Below are positions 1-13,500 of a stretch of DNA of 64,000 bases, piece by piece. The position numbers were made by a program, and so were the translations under genes. The notes under the pieces were generated by a model, which did not search any database, was not told the DNA's origin, and saw only the letters and a list, made by a program, of their open reading frames with translations. The DNA comes from Bugula neritina. Taxonomy: Eukaryota; Animalia; Bryozoa. The stretch lies in NCBI GenBank assembly GCA_964035545.1, contig OZ037766.1, positions 5,260,722 through 5,324,721 on the forward strand, in the 5' to 3' direction. The number at the start of each line of letters is the position of its first letter. The first letter of the stretch is position 1.

Positions 1-55
1 GGAGAGCGTTAGACTGAAGATCTAAAGGTCCCTGGTTCGATCCCGGGTTTCGGCA
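1..55 (+). tRNA. tRNA-Phe(GAA), 5'-truncated by window edge
   Basis: GGAGAGCGTTAGACTGAAGATCTAAAGGTCCCTGGTTCGATCCCGGGTTTCGGCA matches the 3' part of canonical animal tRNA-Phe; anticodon loop CT-GAA-GA, T-loop TTCGA. Confidence 0.95.
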
Positions 56-475
56 ACTGCCAAATCTGGTGGCTAGTATTTTTTGTTAAGCCTTTTCAAA
101 CTGAAACACTCCATCTCTAATTATAACAGCTTTATGTATTACATTTTGGCAACTGTTGGAATAAAAGTCTATTCAGAGTCTGACGTAATATTATCACTCC
201 CTGCTACATTGCAACATGATATAATTTTCGCATCTGACACCATCAGCCCACTGCTAGCAATTATGATCAAGAGTCAAGTTACGAGTATCTAAAAGTTGAT
301 AACTATTTATTTGACTGAAAATAGAAGAATTTTTAATTTTCAAGTGCATAAAAAGCCTGCAGACCGATAGAGTAGCTCATTGGCCCTAAGCTGCTCACAC
401 TAAACACCCCACTATCAGGTTGTGTGTGCTAGTTTACTATGCTGGCTGGTTAAAGTTGTTAAATCACACTTTTAG

Positions 476-3400
476 GTAAAAACATGACAATCGGGGAAGC
501 CAGAGCCCAGGGAATTCTAGACAAAGATTTGACAACGTTTACTGACCTGAAGAGTGGTAAAATATATTCTATTCAGGAAGCTATTGATTCAAACTTTCTT
601 GTTGCAACTTTGGACAATTCCAGCTCTCCCACAGCTAAAGGTGAGTTTCTATCGGAAGCTAGCTATAAAAAGTATGAGTTGGTTTTACTAAGTACTAGTA
701 AAAGTACTTTTATTTTCTATAATGTAATGTATCTTCTCAAAACTGGGTATGAATAGCAGCCTGGTGTATTGAAATATAAACAAATAGAAAAGCTATTCAG
801 GCCAATTATGAGTTGATTTAACCCATTAATTATTCTAACAATAAAGCATGACCAGATACATTTCTTGTTCTGAGAGCCTCTTGTTCACCGTGTTGTGTCT
901 CGTAGGAGCTCGGTTTGTATCGACAAAAGTCCACAACATTGACTCGGTGGTGAACCCTCGAACTAAGAATACCATATCTGTATATGAAGCTGTGAAGGAG
1001 GGAATAATAGATGAAGAAACAGGTTAGTAGTCTTAGTACCAAGATGAAGTTTATTTCATGGGTTTAGCTGTGGAAAAACACAATGCTTGATCAGCTAGCT
1101 GTAAATAATAATATGTTGGGTTATACATTTGTTGACACTGTGATACTATGAAATCTAGCCAAGTGAAAAGATATTGCTGCAGTATTAGTATTAAGCACGA
1201 ACACCTTCCTAGAAACGGCATAGATTTTGTGAAATTGCTGCAATCTAACATATTTGCAACTGTTTTATTGGAAATTTCTATTAGCAAGCAACAATTGTTT
1301 CAACATTTGACAGGTTGTTACAAAAAATACTTGCTTACTTTGGATTTATTAAAATCTATTTGATGTCAGTTATCTGAAAGTCTTGTTTAAATATCTTACA
1401 AATATGATTGGAATTTTGAATAGGTGATTATGCCAACTTGGATGAGAATGAGAAGCTGAACATATCAACGGCTATAGAGAAAGGGTTGGTCAAGACCCGT
1501 CCCCTACCCACACCGGTTAATGACACACCGTCTCTCTCTATTACCGCTGTAACGAATCCCAACTCAGGTAAATATAAAACTATCAAGTGTGTACCACTAA
1601 AAAGTGTTCAACAGGAAATTTTATATATTTGTTTTAAAATATCAGTGTGAGTATGATTGAATACAAAACGTGACATAATTTATAAAAGTGTGTTATGGGT
1701 CTTATTGCTAGCTGTTTAAATAATGCAAAATTGAGAATCACAATAAAGGCTTATGAGAGCAGATATAGTCCTAGGGAGTTGTCATCTCAATGTGGTATAT
1801 TGCTATTGCAGGAGAACTGCTAACTGTGACGCAGGCATTACAACAAGGTTTCCTAGATCGTGGTCGAAAGCACTTCTGCAATCCCTTCACAGGAACTGTT
1901 TGTTCATTAAATGAAGCTATCAACAATGGCTGGATTCACCTCAAATCTAACATTGAATCTCAGGGCTTTTCGTATGGTAAGCTTTCAGTAATCAACTTGA
2001 AATTGTTTCAGGTGTAATAATCGGCTCAGTGGCATATATAGTATAAATATCGCAGCATTTTGCTAAATATCTCATATTTACCCTTCCAGGTGCTCAGAAT
2101 CTATCTACAGGACTCCAGACCTTCTCTATTTTATCTGTGAAGGATGTCAGACAAGGTCAGGAGTTGTCTGTCTCTTTGGCAATCGCTCAGGGAATACTAG
2201 ACTCTGGTAAACAGAAGTACAGAAATAATGCAACAGGAGAAGTTATGAGTTTAGATCAAGCTGTTAAGAGAAGTAAGTATAAGATGACGCACCCCATTGC
2301 TGACTTGCTTAATAATTATACCTGAACAATATAATATTCAAATTTCAGTTTCAGCATGTTATTATTCTTGGCAGCTTATATAATTGCATTACCTATTATT
2401 GGTATTAAAATCACTGGATTTGTTTAGTTTCAATGTGTGTTCACAGTGCATTTGTGTGCTTTTCTTTCATTGTTTTCAATTATTTCTGGACTATCTAATA
2501 TGCTGACTCAATCCTTGCAGCGATTTACATATTGTTATGAATTTACCAACTTTACTGCCCTTTCCTGTACATTTACGTTGTGTTATATAGATCTGATAAA
2601 GTTGATACCCACACCTCCAGCCATGCTCAGCCCTCCGATGACGCCCAGTTACCAGCTTGCTGCCAATCTTCCCTATCAGCAGCACCCACACCCCAGAGCC
2701 GGATCCACTTCTACTCTACACTCTCGACCAACCCCCAATGTCTTAAGACCTGCGCCATCATCTATACACACCGGGCCGGCATCTCCCGCTACTATCATTA
2801 CAACAGTCACTGCTAAGGTATTCTCACCTGTTCATTATACTTGCTCCTTTGAGCAACCCCTAGCTTGTGGACTTGGGGCTGTACTTTTATGTCTTCCATC
2901 TATGTTTTAGTATATTATTAGCATACGATCCTGTATTTAGTGTCAATTGTTTGTGTAGTGGAAAGAATGTGTAAAAAGTATTTCGTCTTGTAGAACGAGC
3001 CGGTTTACTCGCAAATAATTAAGACTAGGAGTCGTCTGCCCAGTGGAGCCAGCGCAGCGACTGGTCCAATGACACCGAAGGTGGAGCCCATTGATATCTA
3101 TAAAGCCAATACCAGAGGTTTGCTGAGTCATCAGACTGGAGAAGTGACGGTGCCTCAGTATGGCGTCAGCATGCTCATTGATGATGCAATGATTCAAGGT
3201 ATGTACTCTGTTGTACAAGTTGCCGGAATATTCTACTCTCTAGTTAGTGTTTACTGGTCATGTTATTGTGAAGTAAATTGTTTCCATCCCAAAGTTATGT
3301 GGTACCTGTACCACAATGATCTCTCTACTTCTTTCTTATGTTCGGAAAATGCTTCAGCTTTTAAAGCGTTTATGTTTTATTTTAATAAATTTATAAAACG

Positions 3401-4520
3401 ATAGCCCTATAGTGTTGTTGCTGCAAACTATTATTTCTTGTTTTCTGTAGGTTTGATAACCACTCGAGTCCCAATAACCATGCTTCTCTGTCGAACTTGT
3501 GACCCCAGTTCTTTCGCTGTGTGTGAAGCTTTCCAGAGAGGTTTTGTTAATCCCGTCACACTGGCTGTACGACACCCTGCAACTGGACAGTTTGCGTCTC
3601 TGGAAAGTGCTCTCACTACCGGTAATTATACCATGTCATTTATTTATCATATTTTACTCATTATGTTGTTTATTCTATTTTGCTTATTATGTAATTTATT
3701 CTGTTACCTTAGTTATATATACATGTAGGTATTTGTCAGTCAGTATATTATGGCTTGAGGTTACACCGTTGTTTGATGATGCCTATTTAGTATGTAATGT
3801 TATAAGTAAGGGTTAAGAATGTGATGCAATATATTTTATAATAATAAAAGTTAGTATAATATTTTGGTTTATATATCTGTTGTTTTATGATACTTTTTAC
3901 TTTCTAATATAAAAATGTGATGTAATATGTTTTATAACTTTATAGGTTTACTCCAGCCAAGAGCGTCAGCTGGCAATGCTCCAGTTCAAGTAAGGCAGGA
4001 CACTGTCACGTACCAACCTTCTCGTAACAAACCTAGAAGATCTGAGTCTATGGGCAAAGTTGAAAGTGAGCGCAGACGGACGCAGAGAAATGCTGGCACG
4101 CTGCCAAGCAGCAATAAACGAACTCCCCTGCTGGTTCAGAGCCAAGAATATAACAACTACAACAGTCAGACATTGCATCCTGGGATATCTCATGTTCTGC
4201 CAGCTTCATACTCGCATACAATGACCTCTGGCAGAATTCCCAAGACTAATCAACACCCGACAATGACTTCTACGGCTGCAAACAGTGGGACGCTGACAAT
4301 AAACAACAACAGAGTGGGAACTCATCTAGTAAATGGCAAACTATACGCGGCGAAACCCAATTACATAATTAATTCTAGAGGTCATGTTGTAAACAGGGCA
4401 GATGGAGAAGTCATGCATATACAGCAGGCTCTGAATCTTGGCATTGTTCAAAAGCTACCTGATAATGAGCACCAGGCTGGTCAAAGTTACGTCCCGGCAT
4501 CAAACATGATGTTTAATAGG
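476..4520 (+). CDS. Spectraplakin plakin(plectin)-repeat exons: 476-640, 906-1022, 1424-1567, 1812-1976, 2090-2272, 2591-2817, 2994-3198, 3451-3621, 3946-4520
   Basis: Repeated motifs such as [49 protein letters not shown] and MSLDQAVKR; AG/GT boundaries keep frame. Confidence 0.8.
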
Positions 4521-7500
4521 GTCAGTAGTCTATTATACAAGTTCCGACTCTCCGTCGGCTTCCATTTTCTTCTTTTTATTTTAATTAGATTATATTTTAC
4601 ATATCTTTATTCCGAGAAATATTAACCGCCATTGTACTTGTGAACTTCCTGTTCTAGGATGACTCGGTCTCAGATCTTTCGACTAGAAAGAGTATTGTAA
4701 GCTGTTTAGGCTTTTGCTGCGCCCGAGTAATAGAGTAGCTTACAGCTGCTTTCTCCCCACAGCTCTCTCTTCAACATGGTATATCTTAGATAGGCTCCTT
4801 GTTTTATCACTTTCCTTTGGCATGAAATGAGAAGTTTAGTTTGAATGCAGTTAGATTTTATTTTAGGAGGTACTAGTTGCGAGCAAGAGTTGTCTTTCCT
4901 TTACTAATTTATTTATAGAATAATGCCGCTATCTATTCTACTTCTATAATTTTGTGTGAATTTACTTGTGTTTCATTTCTATTATGTAATAGTTGTTAGT
5001 CTTCAGCACTGTATAGCTGAATTCACATCAGTGCAGGTATATTCTTTGTTCAGAACAAACCTGTCACTCCGTGCAAAAAGCTCTCTAGAAGTTTGAAACT
5101 GCAGTAGATTCAGAGTTGTGCGATCTTTGTTAATATTTTGTTGCATCTACAGAGTTAGGTCGTTATTCCTGATATTGCTCATCTGCTTCTATTAGAGCCT
5201 TTTAGAGGATAGTGTATTGTAAACAATATAGCTGTTGATATGTTTTGATAAAATAAACGTACATTTCTTAGATCATTCTTGTTTACAAGAATGAAAAACA
5301 GAGTTATATGCTATTTACCCATAAGTCTCTTTACGACATCTAACAGCTTCTCTACTGCCTCTAAGAATAATGCAACCAAACAGGACAAGATCTTTCCAAT
5401 TACATTCTGCATTGCAATTACACCTCTGTTTATGCCTTATGCATTGCCTGGGTTGTTTGCCTTTCTATAAAATAGATGCATCATTATACAAGTTTGGATT
5501 TGTGTACCCTTTGTTGCTTGCAGGATCCTATTTCTTTCCCTACTAACACGGATGAAGCCTCCAATGTTATGGTAATGCATGTTCGAAATAATCAAACACT
5601 GCCTGCCACCCTCCCTGCTCGTGTAGATAATGCGGGTGATAGATATTCCACCCTACCTAGCAATATACCCATAAGTCTACCCGCTCACCTCAAGCAAGTG
5701 GACCATCACTATGCTGAGATTAGACAGTAATCTGAAACTTTCCCTTACAAATGGTATGCCAGGACCTTTTTTTTATAAAATTTCCTGTTTAATTTTTTTT
5801 TCATTATAATGGTGACCATCCTTTGTGCAACGAAGAATGCTTGCATGCTACTTTAAATTTTCTTTTTAAATTTCTCTTACTAATTTAAACTTTTAAATAT
5901 ATACAATGACTTGTAATATATTATTATATGAATAATGCTGAAACCAGAGTGTTGTTTTCAATTATATGTGGTTTATATCTTATTGTAAATTCTAATTGAC
6001 AGGCTCTTAATGTATTGTTTCAGATTTATGTTGGGATATGGAGAGAATGTGAAATACTTTGCTGGGAGGTTACTAAATCGGACCAAGTATATGCAAACTG
6101 CAACCGATATAATATCTTAGTTTTAGCCTTTTCTTTCGATATTCCTTGCATCTCTAAATATATATTTTGCAACTTTTAATGTATTTATTTATTCTGATAT
6201 GTCAATGTATGTATTATTAGGAGCACTAGCACAGTTACTAATTTATTGGATTGGATTTGTTCACATTCTACACCCGTTTGTATTAATATCACATGTATTT
6301 TTATATTTTATTTTATTAACAATATTTGTAAATTGTGTACGTAGTTTATTTAGATGAATGATCTGTTTTGAATTTTCAACAGAAATGCTTTATGTCTGGA
6401 AGCTTACACTGTACAATTATATTATCACAAATAAATGTCAACTGTTATTTGTCAAATGTCTTGACTGGTATTTTGTTGGTGATGAGATGTGTGAATTGTG
6501 GGAAGTGTGAGAGCTGATGTGAAAATGCTGCCAGTATGTATGCTACTCCAGAGTATTGGCCATGTATTAAATTTGTACTCCTTGAATATATTTACTGAGA
6601 ATATATATTGTATACAGTTGCTGTTAAAACTGCTGAATTTATAGAACAAACTAGAAGAGTTGTATGAAGAGCTGTCCAGAGACTTGCACAAAGAGTTGCA
6701 ATGGGGGAAGGGAGTAGAGAAAGCTCTGGCATCACAACAAGGCATCATATCAACCGAAGAATATTTGAGTCAACAATTAGATGAACACAAGGTTAGTAAT
6801 GAATTCAATGTTTTTTGCACAAGTTGGCAGTAGTGAATTCACTGTTGTCATAGCGATTCTTGTTAATTCCATGTTATGACTAATTTCAAAATTATTTTCG
6901 AATAATTAAACTGTTATGACTATATTTGTGTCACATGAGTTTGATATATAAAGCATTTAATTTGTTATGATCTTTTGCTAGCACCTATTGGAAGATTTGC
7001 ACGCTCACAAACAGCTTGCTCGTACCATTGTATATCAGAATGAGCAGCTTAGAGATCAAGCAGTGTCTCTTCTTGCTCCTGAAGAGGTCTATGAGCAAGA
7101 TTCGTTTCACTCTGAAATGACTAATCGTTTGGACACCATCGTAAAAGAAGTAGAAAACAGGTTAGAAATTAAAAAAAAAACAAAAAAGTCAGGTCATGGC
7201 GGGTTTCGAACCCGCGACCTTCTGCGTGTTAAGCAGACGTGATAACCACTACACCACACGACCGACATGGATGAGTGGCGTGTTGATTAGGATGAGTATG
7301 TTTGATACCATAAAGGTAATTCCGTGGATGTGCTTATTCGCTCTCTTCTAGTAAAGCTAAATAATACGTATATAAAAGAGAGTATCCCGGAATAGTTTTA
7401 TAGTAAGTAATGAGGCATTTATCTTGCTACAAGCTACAGCTCCATTATACAATACTTCAAAGTCGGTAGTTTAAAAGCTTTGAAGCCAAATTTGTCCTCA

Positions 7501-10500
7501 TGATTATTTCTGAAATCTGCAAAGTATCAGCATCTCTCTAGTCATGTGTCTGACTTTTTATACTACTTTTTACTCGGTACCTATCAACACTTGTGTATCA
7601 TTCAGGTTTGTGTTCTGTTCCAATTAGTCTTTTTCTACAATTGTTATAATTCTTTTTAAAAATGAATCACCACAACATTGCCAGTGACATTAAATAAAAC
7701 TAGCTACATAGCAAAGCACCCACTTATATCCCAATAATGGCTGACACCGTTTAATACAAATCCTTTATTGTAGAATAAAACATCTATCTAACTGCCTGGA
7801 AGAAATTGTGAAACTCAATGCTGAGAAAAGCAAATTTGAACAATGGTTACAAGATGCTGAATCTACTCTCAATGACATGCATAAACGGACCAATCAGCTC
7901 TCTCGGCTACGTGATGTCACAGATAAATACAAGGTTTGTTCTCACTCCTGAGTGTTGGTTGAGAAAGTTACCATATTCATTTCATTAGGGTTGTAGAAAT
8001 AGGCTGATATGTATAGTTTTGTAGACGTGTTATACACCTGCTAAATGTACAGTAATGGAGAAATTGAGAAAAGCCTGTGTTCTAGATTAGAGATGTATTA
8101 TAAGAAGCTATGTTCTTGCGAGAATTTTAACCCGCTCCCCAAACCAAAAATTAATAATGACACTAAAGAACTTAGGCTACCTCAATTTCTCCACTACTGC
8201 TCCTGAGTGTGCTGAACTTATACCAGCACACTTTTAACAGTAATAAGCTTGACCAAGTAGGATGATATTGTTTAAAATATAGAAAAATGGCTACAAGGGA
8301 ATTTCTAAAACAAAAACCTAAGAATTAATCGTTGTACCAATTTTTTTAGCAAAATATAAAAACTCCAGCTTCTGCATGCACATCATCATATAACTTGCTC
8401 AAATAGATTATCGTAGTGGCTGTTTATGACTGAGATAATGATGAGAAACTTTTACCTTGACCTTAGGCGTTTCAGTCGGAGGTGATAGCGTGCCAGGCTG
8501 ACCTTCGTTTCCTTGACCTCACGGCCCAGAAATATGTCGGCGAAGCTAACAACTATAAGAAACGGCTCATGGCCTTCAAGGCTCAGTGTCAAGGTACAAG
8601 AAGCTCTCTTATCCTGGAGGATGAAAACTATTTGATCAAAGACGAGGTTAATAACGTTAAATGCAGATACCAAGAGCTCCTAGCTGATTGTTCTACTCAG
8701 GTAAAGTCTTTTATCATTTTATGATATAATGTGGTTAGATACATTGTAATATAATACGATATAATATTATATATACTATTTGATATTATATAATACGATA
8801 TGATATTATACATACTATTTGATTCTCTAGCACATTATTTGAATTCCACTGTGTCTAACTCAGCAATATTTTGCAATTCACTGAATAAATACATTAAATG
8901 AACAGTTTAAAGCGTGGTTTGAGTTCTAGAAGTACAGGATGTAAAAAGAGAATAACTCCCTTTAATAGGTGGAAAACCTCAACAATGTATCTGAAACTCA
9001 AAGACAGTTTAATGAAGCGTGCGATCGCCTGGAGTCGTGGCTGCAAATGGCGGAGAAGAATCTTGGCGCACTCAAAAGAGAGCCAATAAAAACAGATCAC
9101 CTGGGTCTGCAGGAGCAGCTGGATCGTGTGAGAGATTTCACCAACGCTGTGGCAGCTCAGGAGAAGCTTATTGATGACCTCCGTGTGCAAGGTAGATTTC
9201 ATATGCTGTGTCGGAGGTGGGGGGGGGGGCTTATTCATTGGTACTCTCTAAGCGAGGATATATACAATATTCTAATATATAACAGGATATTGTGGGTACT
9301 AATACTAGTTCTGCAGTTCTAACATTAAAGTAAATTGCTGATAGCATGTGTCAAATATAATGGAAATAGTGGAATAGCTTGGTACATCTCTCTTATGTTT
9401 ATTGTAGTTAATTATACTACTATTTATACTTTGCTATGTCAAGAATTGACTGAACACAAAACAACTCATCTTTAAGCCAAGTTGGTTGATGGCATGTGAC
9501 GATGTATACTCAGCGTAGGCTAAGCTGATTATTATGACTTACCTAATAATATAAAGATGTATGAATGTGTACTAATTGTTGTGATGCTTTACTATCAATA
9601 TTCAATACTGTGTGTAAGTAACTGGAATTCTGAAACACTTTACTCCCTGAAGTTTGATGCTGGCACTGCTGGGGGCGTAGAAGATGAGTCACAAGCATTC
9701 CACCGTCCAGATTTTTATAACTCTTCAGGTTTCTTTGGTATTTAACTTGCAGGTCAGACATATTCCGAAGCATTAGCACTGACTAGAGTAGATGGACGCC
9801 ATGTTGAAGATATCCATGAAACGGTGGATGATCTAAACTGTAGACATGGTAAGTAGTATAGAGTAGTATAGAGTGAGATAGAGTAGTATAAAGTTAGATA
9901 GAGTAGTATAGAGTTAGATAGAGTAGTATAGAGTTAGATAGAGTAGTATAGAGTGAAGGGGATATTTCATTTATAGACTGCCTAATTTATTTTATATATA
10001 AACTTGATGAATAATATACTCATAAGTTTTGTTGTTGCTATTACATCCAATAAAGTTTATATTTTAGCATGATTAATTTAGACATATTCGTGAGATTGAA
10101 ACATTTTAAATGAAAAAAAGCATAAAGAAGTTAACTTGCCATGTGTACAGAATAATGTAAAGCTGGTGCTGATTGGCTAGTTTTATGTAACGTACAGGCT
10201 TAGTGGCTGCAGAGGCGTTAGCTAGAGCCAACATACTCAACACAGCCATGGTTCAGTCCCAAGGACTCACTGCTAGTATTGATGCTCTCATATTGGCTAT
10301 CACCTCTTCAAAGGGCGCTATTTCTGCTATGAAACCAATCAGCCTGAATGTAGAGAATCTTGAAGAGCAATTCAATGAGTTTAAGGTTGGTAGGCACTGT
10401 TCGTATATGTATAGTGGGAGTGGGAGTTGCCCTTCCCTTATGTTATTAAACTTGTCCAATTTCCATGAATGAAAGTCATGTAGTATTTATAGCAAGCAAA

Positions 10501-13500
10501 TAGCATTTCAATTCTTATCAGCCAAAGGGAAACTGCACCTTTCAGAAAACCATGTTCAAAATGTAACAAAAACTGTACTTAATGATAGAGGATTGTCTTA
10601 ACCGCTATCCTTGACCTTTTGACCTCTCTACTTGACCTCTCCTTGACCTCTCTCACTCATTATGGAAGTATCCTTAATTTCAGTTGTTTGAAGCGGATGT
10701 AGACAGCCACAGACATGCTGTTGAGCAGATTAACTCACACGCTGGTCAAGTTATTCACTCGTGTTCTCCCAGCTCTGCTGCAATTATAGAGGGCAAACTG
10801 CAAGAACTCAACCAGGGGTCACTACAGCTGTCGTCTGCATGTCGGGAGAGGTTAGTGCCGTACCCTAATTATTCCAATTATACCTACTCACTCTACAGTC
10901 TCTTGGTATCTGTAACTGTTTTTTGTTATATGGTAGAGCTCGGGATATTAAAACTATATCGTCGGACCTGCAAGAGTTCAACACAAGGTCGTCTGATCTC
11001 ACCCAGTGGCTACTGGTTCAGCTGGAAGCCCTACAAAGTGGAGACAATGACACTATGAATGGACAGCAACTTAGAGATATGGTTAGAGTTATCCTATCAT
11101 TGCACTTCTTGTTATTGTAAAGGCTTTCGTATCTGTATAGTGTATGTACTGGCGTTTTTATTGCGCCGAAAGTGCAAACTTGATGGGTTATGGTATGTAT
11201 AATTATATTCTATTATATTATATTATTTATGTATTTAGTATTTTATAGATTATAGTATGTATACTATATCATGCTGTATTATTTTATATTATATTATATT
11301 AGATGTATTTATATGTTCGCCTCAGGTAAACCTCATACAAAGTCAAGTAGAGCTAAAGAAATGCTTGTATGACGCGATGATGTCATTAGGAAAGAGCCTG
11401 CGAGAAAATCCTAAAACTGGTCAGGTGACCTCTGTCAAGGACACTCTAAATGACCTTCAGTTGACCTGGTCTGAGTTTGAGACAGCTTTAGAAGATACCT
11501 GTGGCCAGGTAAGCATTCCTTTGAGCGATAATAAAAGTAAATGAATATTTAATATTGTCTCAAACATGAGTTTTTTGGTGAACCTGTATATTTAATACAG
11601 CATATATTGGATATTGTCTAAAGAACAGTCAAAAATAATTGAAATATTTTTTTTAACAACATATTACCACACATGAACATATTACTTTACTTATGTAGAA
11701 ATTTACTGCACAATATGTACATATTTCTTTAACTACATAGAAATTTATTGCATAATAAAAACTAGGGGTAATATAAGGTGACTGTAAGAGGTGATTTCAC
11801 ATTGATAGGTGACCCAAAAGGAGGAACAGCGAGTTTATTTTGACGAGTTACTATGTCAGGTTAACTCGTGGATGGCTACAATGGAGAGAAGAATAGATGC
11901 CTTGGAGCCTGTTGCTATGGATATACAGCTTATAGAGCAGCAGATAGAAGCCATTCAGGTACTTTTATCTTGCTGAGTTGTGATTTTGTTATAGCTAAAT
12001 AATTTTTTTATATAAACTTGAATGTTTTATGTTCTTGATGCCAGCATTCAACATTAAATTATTTTTCTATTGTATTGTATAGGAAGTGAATAAACAATAC
12101 TTCCTTTCTCTGCTTCAGAGGTGATGTTTAACTCAACATTTCTGCAAGGAAAATAATCAGATTTGCCTACTCCTGTTACTTAATATGAAGCCGATTGTAT
12201 TTCTAACTAATAATAACTTTTGTAGCCACTGATTAGTGAATATGAAGAACATTCTACTAAACTGGACACATTAAATGAAGTAGGCAACAAGTGTGGTGGT
12301 GTGATTGGTGCACCTACCAGCCCTTCCCGTAAGACCAGCACAGCTAACCGTATGTATCAGCTTAATTCTCTTCATGTTTCACCATTTTTAGTTAAACAAA
12401 TGGTGTTTATAACAGGTTGCAGTGCTTGCTTAATGCTGCTCAAGTGCTTTGAATTAAAAACATTAGTTGCTTTGTAATATTATATTTTCTTATTGTTTTT
12501 GTTTTAAAAATTAGGATTCATAATAATTATATCTGTTCGAATTGTTTTAACCCAGACAACCATATGCCTGTAAATTTTTCAAATTTAATTATTTTGTTGC
12601 TTATTTCTTTTTCAATCTGCCTTTGCATGGGAATGCTCTGTAGTGCTGTGTGTGTTTACATCTAACTCAAGCTAATTACTAATCTGTTTGCTGACCCCTG
12701 CCTGACCTTGCTCAACCAGGTCGTCGTCTTTCCTCCCGACAACTACGCAGCTCTATCTCTGCAGTAACTCATATGAATGGTGAAAAAGAAGGAACTAACT
12801 CAGTTGTACCTCCCACTGGATGTAGAATTCTTAACCGCGATTCACTAAGCAGTGTTTTTGCTCCCGATGGTTGGTTGATCCATTGTCTTTGTCTGTCTGT
12901 TTGTACTAACATGTGCTTGCTGTACTTTAACTACTGTAGCTGTAACTGCTGCATCTGTAACTGCTGTCGCTGTGTGACAACAATATGGCTCTTCTGCTCT
13001 ATCAATACTGTTACAAACTAGAATACTATTTCATGAAACAGTTTCTTCTGCATTTAGCATGTCAATATGAAAAGCAGTTTTCAACTTTCTACTTTTTCTC
13101 GTAATGATTTAAGCCAAATCACCTTGTTTCAGGACATTGTACTTTAGAGTATCTATTTTAAACTATTAGTATTTTGTTCCCCAGACCTGTCTGAGGTTCA
13201 GAGGGAGCTGGTGGAGGTCAACCACAGATATGGAGTGGTTGGTGAGAGACTGACAGAAAGACGTGCGGAGACAGAAGACACGCTGTCCGGACTCAAGTCT
13301 TACCTCATGGATGTCCAGCAGTTGATGGTCTATCTGAACAAAGCAGAGCCGCAGGTTTGTACTCTTAACTTAACTTCTATTCAGTTAGTTTGGCCCTTAA
13401 TTGGTAAAGTTTGTTCAAACTCATTGCTGCTGTTTCATCTTCAAAAGTTTACTTATTGAGGACCGGGACACAAGTTTACTGATTAATGTCGCGATTGTTG

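Noticed and set aside
10668-10683. GTATCCTTAAT resembling a U12 donor or branch site
   Set aside because: The intron's donor is GTTGGT (U2 type) and the exon phases already fit.
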